Source of the DNA: Marsupella aquatica
Taxonomy: Eukaryota; Plantae; Marchantiophyta
Reading direction: 5' to 3'
Assembly: GCA_973895155.1 (NCBI GenBank)
Contig: OZ316893.1
Coordinates: forward strand, 27,228,210 to 27,292,209
Length of the DNA: 64,000 nt
Numbering within the stretch: position 1 is the first letter of the stretch; each line of letters opens with the position of its first letter. The notes under the pieces were generated by a model that saw nothing but the letters and a program-made list of their open reading frames with translations, had not been told where the DNA came from and searched no databases. Both the position numbers and the translations under genes were made by a program. This document shows, piece by piece, positions 10,515-21,418 of the stretch.

Positions 10515-11450
10515 CTTTCTTCTCACCTTTGGGCCATTGCCAGACCCACCCCTCAGAAGTGAGGAGTCTCCTCGCGGTTGACCCCTTGGAGGTGTTCAAC
10601 AGACCAACTGAAGGAGTTGTGGAAGAAGTTGCAGAGTGCTATGGCGGGTCAATCAAAGCAGTCTGTGAATCTGTTCCAGAGTTTTCCACCCATGAGCTGG
10701 TGTAGCAAGGTCCCCCACAGTGAAGACCTTGCTCTTAGCCAAAAACTCTTACCTTCCCGCATCTCGTGGTCAGAACAGTCTGCTTCCCCAGAAGAAGAAC
10801 AAGTTGGTCAATGGAAAGGTACGTTGGAATTTTGCCAACAACAGTGACAAAGTGGAGATCACACTTTGAAGAGTCCCAGCCCTTAAGCAGACAAGTGAGG
10901 GTACGCTTGGATGCAACCTGAATGCCAGGGGAGAGGAGGAGGAGATCAGTTAGTAGGGTCCCGGAACTTCCTCTCCTTACGAGCTGGTCCCTTGCAAGCA
11001 GTGAGTGTGAGTAGAGACCTAGCCATACTCACCCAAGCTCTGTCAGAACCAGTGAGGAGCTTAGTGATGCTCCTCATCTTACACACTTGAGATTGAAGCT
11101 CAAATGATCTGATGGCCAGTCCACCCATCGGCTGAGGGCCGAGAAATAGTGGACATCCCAAGCAACCAAAGCTTTTTGGTGGGCACCTTCTGAATTCTGG
11201 CCCCATAGAAAAGTGCAGCAGATCCTTTCTAGTTGTTGGTAGCCTGCCTTTTGGGTATTGAGAAGAAGGAGATGGTAGACGGGAATTGCACAAAGGACTT
11301 ACATGCTTCAATAGGACCAACCTGCCAGCTTGAGTGAGTGTCCTATTGGTCCAATGCTGCAACCGTTTCCTGACTTTGCCCATCAGGAAGTCAGTCTCCA
11401 ATCAGTGCTCCTAAGCCTGAAAAACAGGTAACCAAAAATACTTGCACAAA
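10515..11450 (-). pseudogene. L1-clade LINE ORF2 fragment (post-RT region), frameshifted
   Basis: KVRKRLQHWTNRTLTQAGRLVLLKHV and PMGGLAIRSF match the plant L1 ORF2 region C-terminal to the RT core. Confidence 0.85.
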
Positions 11451-11554
11451 GAGAGGGATTGACTCAAGAAACTCTGGTTAAGGACTTGGGGTAGTTGACT
11501 TGGGGTAGTGCTGTGAACTCAAAGTTCTCTCCTTCTCCAGCAGAACTGCCCGTG

Positions 11555-11966
11555 ACTTTGAGTGAAGCCCTTTTGGCAAATTTAGCCCCTATTCAAATCT
11601 TGAGTAGTTCAAACTTTGAGTGAAGCACTTTTGGCGAATTTAGCCCCTATTAATTCAAATCTTGAGTAGTTCAAACTTTGAGTGAAGCCCTTTTGGCAAA
11701 TTTAGCCCCTATTTAAATATTGAGTAGTTCAAACTTTGAGTGAAGCACTTTTGGTGAATTTAGCCCCTATTCAAATCTTGAGTAGTTCAAACTTTGAGTG
11801 AAGCCCTTTTGGCAAATTTAGCCCCTATTTAAATCTTGAGTCTAGTTCAAACTTTGAGGGAAGCACTTTTGGCCAATTTAGCCCCTATTCAAATCTTGAG
11901 TAGTTTAAACTTTGAGTGGAGCACTTTTGGCAAATTTAGTCCCTATTCAAATCTTGAGTAGTTCAA
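11555..11966. repeat. Tandem array, 58-bp unit x7
   Basis: Unit ACTTTGAGTGAAGC(C/A)CTTTTGGCAAATTTAGCCCCTATTCAAATCTTGAGTAGTTCAA. The span of 412 bp equals 7x58 plus 6 inserted nt. No spacers. Confidence 0.97.
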
Positions 11967-11969
11967 CCT

Positions 11970-12720
11970 AGTGATGATGCCCAATTCGCCCTGGATCCGT
12001 GTCTAAATAACAATAGATTCTCCCTCATTTGACCAATAGTATAACTCTAGATTCATCAGCAATTGTATGTTGTTTAGAGCATCTCCAACCCTTAGTGGAG
12101 AGTCTTATTGTAAGTTGGTGTGGACCGAACCTACTAAGTAACTAAAACGGCAATCGGAAAGGAAATTGAGAAACTCAGCTTGACCAAAGCTCATATAGGG
12201 ATCAGCAAAAGGAATTCTGGGAGCATCAAATTTAGGGTGCATGAACGGTTCTTCAAGTTTGGTGATCTCTCTCAGTTCACTTATCAGTTTGCTTCGATGA
12301 TCGGTTGCTGCAAAATTAATCATCGCCTCAGACAGTGCAAAATTTCTGCAGCGCAATAATTTCTGGAACGCAACATCGTGTTCTCAAGAGCAGCTCTCTT
12401 GAATTCACTCCAATGGAATGTGTCGCAATCTTTCAATTACGTTGATAACGGCTTGTACGTGGCAAATTAGTCTTCTCTTTCTGAAAGAGCTCTGAGCCTT
12501 GAGACGATTGAAACGTATTGGCAGTATGTAGCTAGTTCAGTTCCTTTTAAGCTATTTCGAAGGAGATTGGCGGGGAGATTGGTCAATTGATCTGTCTTAA
12601 TTCATGTGACTGATAACGAACTCACAGCTCATTGACTCCTCCAAACATTCCCCAGCCGTTGTGGACTGTAGCCATATCTTCTCCAAGCAATTACTGACAG
12701 CAGTCACTCATTTGACATAT
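11970..12720 (-). pseudogene. Decayed ORF of unrecognised family
   Basis: One minus frame stays coding-like across isolated stops: ...NCLEKIWLQSTTAGECLEES...RFNRLKAQSSFRKRRLICHVQAVINVIERLRHIPLE*IQESCS*EHDVAFQKLLRCRNFALSEAM...HTNLQ*DSPLRVGDALNNIQLLMNLELYYWSNEG. It may extend further up towards 13400. Confidence 0.45.
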
Positions 12721-13829
12721 GTTTAGCCCGATTGAGTAAACTCTTGTATATTCTAGTCTGTCAATGCGGGTCTGTCAATGTATGCCTGTTGCATTTCAAC
12801 TTGGATTGATCATCTGTTAATCCAATTATGCACGGCCTTCCTCCCCCGGTAATTAATTGTCGACTGAAGCGAGTCACTCTGAGTGCTTACTAATGCATTG
12901 TAAGTTCCTTCGGGCTTTCGTTGCTGCATGTCTAGGGAGATTTACCAATTTTTTCTCAAACAAATTTCAACTAGTACGTGTGCTCAAGTCTCAAATCACC
13001 AGGCCAGTCGTCCCTCCAGATCTCTTGTGTGCATTCTTTGTCGCTGTGCTTAGCGACATGCATCGATCATTTGTAGCTTGGGATCAGAGCTAGAAGATTT
13101 ATGCTAGCTTAAAGGAGTTTCTGTTTACGTGGATGGACCAGCACTTTGCTTGAAGATTTGGCTGTTGCATGCTTCTTTCTTCTTATCCCGACATCTTGAC
13201 TTGAATAAGCACCTAGCAGGATATAATTTTTCCCCGGACTAGCGTTGTAAACTTGGACTTGAACAAGCAATTAGCTAATGCAAAGAATCCTTTCCCGGAC
13301 CAGCTCGGTAGCCGGTACCAATGTCACATACTAGCAGATCTCACGTACAAACTGTCGTGCATTGTTCAAGGGATCTCCAATGTTCCCTTCTGAAAAGACA
13401 AGCTGAATGCAGACGGGAAGACATTTAGATCAATGTTTACTCGAGTTTCCCTCGATTCTACTTTAAACGCTGTTTTTGAAATAATTAACCGTGGCCCTAG
13501 TGATAGGGTCGGCCATATACAATAGTCAATGGAATGGGCAATAGTGACTGGGAAGACAATGAGTCGACACGCCTCTATTGCCATGGGCGAATTATCACCC
13601 ATGGTTAACCAAATTCCATCAGTGGTGATATAGCAAAAGTGTAACATATTTATGAATACTGAAAAAGTAGTGGCAAAAGTAGTGTTTTTTGAATCATCTT
13701 TAGTGGCAACCTACTCAAAAGCTGAAAATAAAAAAAGGGGTGATATTAGTCTCCATATTTGCTCCTTACAGTAATCTAATAATATTTGGAGATAATTATG
13801 TTATCTTGGGCTTATCGTGCATTGTGGAG

Positions 13830-16030
13830 AGTGTTTTTTTAGTGGCTAAACTTTGCTAGATTCCATTTCCCCAAAAATCTTTAGCCACTTTTGGCTAAAA
13901 TTAGCTACCATTTTTGTTGTTCATTAGCCAATGTTCCACCTAATCCCAGGCCCCATTAGCCAGAATCTAAGGGTCAGCCTTAAATCTAGGGAGATCTGAT
14001 GGTCAGGAAAATAATTGAATAATGAAGTTTTTGAACATCTTCTCCTTCACACACTCGACGAAAAAGTGAAATCCTTAGAAAATACACTGATTGTGGACCT
14101 CTTTTTCAGTTGTGGTCTTGCCTCGATTGGGGATTATAAAAGATAAAAGAACAGAAAATCTTTCGATAATCCAAAGGGGTTGGTCAGACGTGGTCTCACG
14201 AAAAGCAGGAGCCCAAAAAGAAAAGCCGCCAAATCCAAAGTGTGGGGCCTGGTCGTCAACGGAGATGCACGGATGTCATTAAAAGTGGCCCACGTCGGAA
14301 TCTGTCAAAAAGACGAGGCGGGCGTTGTGTCATTACTATAGAGAATCAGGGAGAAGGTAAAGCAATAATGTTGTCGCCTCTGAGCAATTGAGTGTCGCCT
14401 CTGAGCAATTGAGTGTCTTGCAGCCTCCTCTTCATTGTCATCATTTAATTGTGTTTGTTTTAAGTCAATGAGAGGATGCTTAATTATTTAATGACCATCG
14501 AATCTCTCTAGATTTAAGGATAACTAATCTGGCTCAAGAGGTCTTGCTACCCTTTTGTTTTTAATTTTAGTGGCGAAAATTTGCCAAATTACACCTCCCC
14601 AAAAAGCTTTCATCATGTTTTGTTAAATTTGCTAATATATATATTTTTATCTCATTAGAGAGTGTCCCACCTGATCACAGGTCCAATTAACCGACATCTA
14701 ATGGTCATCATTAAATCCAGGGAGATCTGATGATAAAAAAACAATGGAATGTTTTGAGCATCTTCTCCTTCACACACTGGACATTGGCCACTCTGGGTAA
14801 ACAAGTAAAAACCTTAAAACGTACTCTGGTCTGGGCTAGGTTGAAAACTGGCAAAAAGCTTTGTGAAGGGATGGAATCTAGTGAATTTTCAATGTTTTCT
14901 TTGGCCACCTTGTGTGCATGAGATGATGCTTAAAACGAAGCCCAACAAATCATCCTAGATTTAAAGATAACCATCAGATTTTGTCCAATGGGCAAATTGG
15001 GTCTCTGGCTAGGTTGAAAGATGGCTAGCAAGAAAGGTATAAAATTTAGTCCAAACGGGACTAAAGATATTTTTTGGAGACGGTAGATGGAATCTAGTGA
15101 AATTTTGCAGCTAAAAACAAAATGCTCTCTGCAGTGTCTTTTCTTTCTGCCAATGTGGCCAATGTCTCTTGGTGTCCTAGATTACTTTTTGACCACCAAA
15201 TCTCCTTAGATTTAAGGATACCAGTTAGATTATAGTTAATGGGCTCTGTGGGTAGTTGTGAAACTGGCTTATGGACGGGCTTATGGAAGATGGAAAAATA
15301 CAAAATTTTGCTAAAAGTTGCTAAGAGTTTTTCAGAGAGATGGAATCTAGCCGCTACAAAGGCTTCTCTCAGCTCTCTGGCGTATTATATCGCAGTGGAA
15401 GTTTTAAGATTTTTCCTTTTGGCCAGGGCGGCAAATGTGACCTTGTGTCATGGAAAGTATCATAGGAAGATTCCTTTTTTGATTTTCTTAGATTAACATC
15501 TGATCATAAGATCTCCCTACTGTAGATTTAAGCATAATCATCAAATTCTAGCTAAATGGGTATGTGGCTAGATGAGAAGTGGATATAAATGGAAGAAAAA
15601 CAGGTAGCAAATTTCCCAAAGTGGCCAAGAGTCTAGTGAATTTTTGCTGCTAAAAAAGGCTGCCCTGAACCCCACTAGTATCTTCTATCCAAAATAAGCT
15701 GTAAGGTTTTTTTTCCTTTTTTGCCAAGGTGGCAAATGTCACCTTGTGTCAAGTAGAAGATGTTAAGAATACTCCTTATCTAATTCTCCTAGATTAGTTT
15801 TGAGTGTAAGATCTCCTTATATTTAAGGATAACGGTTAGATTCTGGCTGAAGGGGTCTGTGGTTTGGTGCGAACCGGCTAAGGGAAGCAAAAACGATTCT
15901 GGCTGAAGGGGTCTGTGGTTTGGTGCGAACCGGCTAAGGGAAGCAAAAACATAGCGAAGTTTTTCCTAGAGTGGGTAAGACTTGGCAAATAGGTGAAATC
16001 CGGCTAATTTTGCCACAAAAACCCTGCATC
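13830..16030. repeat. Cluster of a degenerate ~250-300-bp dispersed repeat family (MITE-like) in both orientations
   Basis: Core AGATTTAAGGATAACC..CAGATTCTGGCT near 14509, 14957, 15209, 15524 and 15819 (+), and reverse-complemented near 13960 and 14712. Further copies lie near 41160 and 42930-44050. There is an exact ~56-bp duplication at about 15839-15950. Confidence 0.75.
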
Positions 16031-16907
16031 TATTCCATTACTTGGATTGTTTTAGGATTTCTGGTTGCACCATTTTGAGAATCATAAGAGATTGTTGACT
16101 CTGAAGAACAAGAAGAAAATGTACTTGGTCCAGACAAGTAGGGGGGCTTTACAAGAACCCATTGTTTTTTAAATTCCCTCTCAAGATTGAATCTGCACCA
16201 TATTAGATAATAAATGGAGATAATAAATGGAGACGGCTGCTGGGTTGAAGAACTCTGGGCCCATTGAGGTATGGTGCATGTCGACCAGACTGCTACTGAC
16301 TTTACAAGAACTGGGGGTCCATTTTGTGCATACTTCTCACGCCATTGCTTTTTTTTGTTTTTTTCCCTGTGGAGATTAAATCTGTGCTGCATCATGAATG
16401 GAAATGGCCAGAGTGAGCTTTTCTTATAAGAATTGGGGGCCAAGAAGGACTTTACCACCCTCAGGCATATTTAAGAATTGACTGACACCAAAAATGAATT
16501 TCGGATTTAAATACTGTAGGTTCTTTTCACAATTTTTTAAAATGCAATAACACTGCCCCAACTTGAATGTAGTCAATACCGGGTCAATATGGTTATTTAA
16601 AAAAAGAATTTAAAATTTAGTGTTAATTTACGTTGGAAGAAATGCTTCATAGAGAGAATAGAAAAAATAGAAATTTAGTTCTCACCTCAATAGCCCTTTT
16701 TCCATTTTATTATAAATAAGCCTTTTCAACTCAAAACTCTAATTTGTATTGTTTTTTTCTATACGTTTTTTTTATTTGAATGGGGTCCAAAAGTAACCTG
16801 GTGTCTACTTAGATTTTCTTGTTAGATCCACCTACCCATTATAGTCACATGTCAACTCATATTCAATTTCCAATCAGAAACTATAATACACAGTTGCAGT
16901 CGTCATT

Positions 16908-18390
16908 CAAATTTGCAGGACACAAAACATAAGAAATCTGATAGAAGGAAAGAATAAAGACAAAATAAATTTAAGTTTAATTAATGTGAATGTAAAATAG
17001 TTACACCAATGTCCAAGTAAAAAGGAATCAAATGGGATAACTACACTTTTGGAAGTGATCCTCATGCAAATTTGCAGGACACGAAACATAAGAAATCTGG
17101 TAGAATGAAACTCAAAGCCGGATGGACTGGTAGGTTGTCCATGAAGCCCCCATGGATAAAAGAAATTTGGATGTACTAGATTAGAACATATAAATATACA
17201 TGGATACTAGTGTTCACTTTTCTGTCCATACAAAACAATGTCAATGACCAAAGCATCACTTCTGTCCAAAGATTTTCCCAGTCACTAACTCTGTCCTCAC
17301 TCATGTCTTAAAGATATTTTGTCATAGGCCAGAGCACTTTAATTGAAGACTTGTTCCATTTCCCAAATAGAGTTCAATAAAAATATAAAGTATATTTAGG
17401 TCCTTATATAAATACCTGATTTGGCCTCTATGGTTTATGAAACTCTGAGTATGAGTGCTTCACATTTTACTTATACTGTCTCAAGTAATTTACTCAATGG
17501 AAGTAATTTACTCAATGGTATTAAAATACCAAATGAACTTAATTAACTCAAAAATATTTTTTAATATTTATAAGTCCCACTAAAAGGGAAGCAAGCAACA
17601 CAATGACTCATGAACCAAAGGAACAATTCTCACCAAGGAGGCTATGGGGCAAATCTAATGCCCAAATAATTTCCTTGAATAATTTCAATTTTTACAATGG
17701 ATTCATATTTTTATACACATTTTTTAAAGATTCTACGGCATTGTCACTTTGCGGAATGGCTATACTACTTTCAGAAATGTTTTTACATAATCTTGTATTT
17801 TATATAACATTGCTCTTGTTGCCGGGATTGAAGAATTTTTTTGATTGTGGAGCTAAAGGAAATTTTAATTTGCATAAGCAGTTGCTGAATACTATTTTTG
17901 ACAAACCATCGTTCTTGTTGTAAATAATGTTTTGACTAATTTATTACTATAGTGCTACTTGAGATTTTATGGGGGAGTATTGTTAATGAATCCTATTTTT
18001 TAGAGAGCACTGCTGTTGTTACAAGGAGCGCTTCGAGTACTTTGCCGCGACAGAGATGCGGAAGATTTTAAATGTGTATTTTCATTCCATTTCATTGACA
18101 TTCTCAATTTAACTTTGAGATGAGCATGTAATGTTCTTAGAGGAACAGAAATGTGGGTAAACAATTAATGAGAGAGTTTATCATCCACTTACATTTGGCC
18201 TGTCTCATAATTAGGTGTAAAATGATCTGTTCCCTATCATAGTCCATGGGATAAATGGGGACAACATAACACTCCATCTGGGCTATTGTTTTGATAGAAT
18301 GAAAAAATAAAGACAAAATAAATTTAGTTTAATTCATGTGAATGAAAAAAAGTCACACTCCAAGTAGAAGGGAATCAAATGGGATAAAGA
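16908..18390 (+). repeat. Short direct repeats
   Basis: CAAATTTGCAGGACAC(A/G)AAACATAAGAAATCTG at about 16908 and 17067. A ~100-bp segment GATAGAA..AATAAAGACAAAATAAATTT..GGAATCAAATGGGATAA at about 16940-17040 recurs at about 18294-18388. Confidence 0.75.
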
Positions 18391-18779
18391 AAAAAAACAC
18401 TGACGTCACTAACACAATGCACAAGGATCAAAGAGTATACTCACTCCATGATCCATGATGGAGTATTGTACATATTCAATAAGGTGTATATACTTAATAG
18501 AGTAAGAAAGTGCATAATTTATATACTCAATAGAGTGAGAAAGTGCATAATTTGGTGTAATATTGATAGAAATTAAATTTCAGATACTATTTCAGTCAAT
18601 AGGTACCATATACACTAATCAAATAAAATATTATTCTCCCAATATTTAAGGTCATTTTTTACATTCATTTTTGTGCTATTTTCAGTGCCAAAAAAAAACA
18701 AAAATTATAAAATCCAAAGACATAGTAAAGATCATGGCACTCGTGTTGATGGCAATGTGTCGGGCGAGGGGCACACTTT

Positions 18780-19699
18780 TACTTGACAATATCTTTTTTA
18801 CTTCATAATATGTTTCACATAACAACCCATTTGGCACCACATCATCTTTTTACTCGACTACATTTTTTTATTCATGTCATCTTTCACATAACAACATCTT
18901 TGGCAAAATTAACGATTTCTTTTTTGTTAATTATGACAATTTTTTACTTGAGTGATGACAACCTTTTACTTGATGACAATGTTTTACTTGATGACATGTT
19001 TGGCAAAATGACTTCTTTTTGTTAGGTATTTACTCAAGGTCTAGGGTTCCTGCTAGGGTTATGACATGTAACCATAGTTAGGCTAACCATATTAATCGGA
19101 GACGTGGTTAGGTTAACTAGGATGCACACATATGCCAAGCGGTGTTTGCTTGGATAAGTGGAACTTAGGCTCATTGTTATGGGGCCACTTGAGAGATGAG
19201 AAGAGCTTACACTGTGGAGACTTGGTATAGCCGACGGGCTTAGAGTTCAGTAAGTTCTTTTGTGTGTCCCGTGGACGTAGCCTCGAGGAGGTGAACCACG
19301 TATCTCTTGTGTCGACTACGTGCGCATTGGATGTGTCATGTGCTTACCGTTACGATTGTCGTCTATGCTCTGAAACACTTTTTTCTTAACAACATCTTTT
19401 TACTTGACAATGTCTTTCACATAACTACATCTTTTGTCATTCACATAACTACATCTTTTGTTCTCAACGACCTCTTTCTTGTCAACGACCTCTTGGCCGG
19501 CACAACCTCTTGGCCAACACGATATCTTTTGTTCCCACTGGCATCTTGGCCAACACGACATCTTTTTTTCTCAACGAACCTCTTGGCCGACACGACATCT
19601 TTCTTCTCAATAACCTCTTGGCTGACATGACCTCTTTTGTTCTCAACAACATCTTGGCCGACACGACATCTTTTTTGCAACACACGGGTATTGCGCTAG
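18780..19699 (+). mobile_element. Second Helitron-like element (same family as 5222..6894), interrupted by a solo LTR
   Basis: Same ACAACATCTT/GACATCTTTT minisatellite. 3' end GCAACACACGGGTATTGCGCTAG|T (CTAG 19696-19699). The 5' boundary is not resolved. Confidence 0.7.
19020..19377 (+). mobile_element. Solo LTR (358 bp, Copia-like)
   Basis: TGTTAG...AAACA termini, 5-bp TSD CTTTT (19015-19019 and 19378-19382) and CCCGTGGACGTAGCC..GGTGAACCACGTA motif. Homologous to 62665..63008. Confidence 0.9.
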
Positions 19700-21418
19700 T
19701 CCAAAATAATTACGAGCTGAAATGATTTCTGGTAACTGATTGTGACAAGGTCCCCCTTTGGCAAGTTGATGTCCATGAGCTTTATGAACTAGACACGCAC
19801 AAGCTTGGGCACTATATGCATTTACTCCAATATGCACGTATACAATAGGATGTCTCAGATATTTAGAGTTGCAAAAAAATCCCTGGCCCAAATATCAGTT
19901 TAGGTCTTGGGTCACAAGTGATAGGATAGACTTTTGCTAGGCTGCCACTTTAGTTGGAAATTAACCTTGAATGGAGGCCAAACTGAGAGGTATGAAACGC
20001 CCTAACAGGAGGAATACATATTTGTAATAATGGGTTCGGTCAATAATCTTACTAATAATTAGTGATCAGCAGCTAGAATTGGGGTCTGGCATTCTACAAT
20101 AGAGTGACACTTGTAAAGTGTGACTCTAGGGTCACACCAAAGTGTATGGGATAGACAAAGTATGGGATGTTATCTATGTCAAATGATATTTATCCATCAT
20201 GATTTTTATCATCATTCCTTTGAACATTCAAAGAATGGGCGTCAAGAATGAAAAAAGAAGAAAGGGGGAAAAAAATGAATTAACGTTTTATCTTTTCATT
20301 CGTGATGGACCCGTCATTGTGCAGTATTCGTTGGTGCTTCTAAAATCTGTTGCTAATTTTACACCGCCGGCAAACCATCACCAACTCGCCCTGGTTGACC
20401 ACTTAATTGGGATGTGGAAAACGGTCCCACCCGGACAAGAGCTGTCTTCTGTGAATCTGTCGACTGTGGACTATCCAATTCAGTGCCTGTGCCTGTTCAG
20501 TTCAGCTGATCGTGTTCCCCCCCCCCTTTTTTGTGTATTATTTTCGGGCAATGTGTTCTGTTGACCGTCTAGGCGTCTAGCATTGCTGCTGTGTTTGCTG
20601 CTTTGTTTGCTGCTTTGATTGCGTTTCTTCGTCTGCCTACACATCCGCCACACTTCCTTTCGTGGGTTTGGAACCAAAGCTTGCTGAGTTCGACAACCCT
20701 ACTGTAGGTGTCATCTGTGGACTAAATCAAACAACTTCCCTCCATTCCTTATTGTGTTTTAAAAATACCTTTTTTTGCATGGAAATGTCATCAGATCTTT
20801 TGCCCGGTTCTCATTTGGGTTGATAACTATCGTCGCTCGACTTAATCAAAGCACATTTAAAAAAGTTCCTGTGCAAGTTGCCCTTTTTCAATCCGGGCCA
20901 AGTCTGGCCTAGAAGTAGTCTGGCCTAGAAGTAGTCATTTAGTACTGTAGGTAGGCAGCTAGCAAAGTCAGCCCATCGTCAATGGCTTGATCTTTCACTA
21001 GAGCCTACACAAGTACACAGTGCATCACTATCCTGGTAGACACTTGCGCATAAATATGAGTGGGTTCCGGGTGTATTGTTCAGGTGATCCAAACGGAAGG
21101 TCAAACTTCGAGCGTTTGCTGGAAGAACGATTGATAGTGGCCCCATGTCTTCCCTGGGAAACAGCTGCTAGTACGAGCTAGTGTACCTGGCTCTGACCCT
21201 AGCCATAGTCGACATGGTTTGGCTGGCTCTCTAGACCGTCAGCTCTCGGGATGTCCTGGAGTCACAATCTCAAATGCACATCGTTGTCATCCCTGCTGCC
21301 GTTCCGTTCCGTGCATGCTTAGCGTCGTGTACTGAGCGTCAGAGATCTTGATGTGCTATTGAATCCAGTACAGACTGTCCATCAAGGCGTGTCTGATCAA
21401 TTTCTAGTCTTGGCAAAC

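Noticed and set aside
11555-11966. CRISPR-like appearance of regular repeats (also 24740..25400 and 63510..64000)
   Set aside because: Units are contiguous with no unique spacers, there are no cas genes, and the context is eukaryotic.
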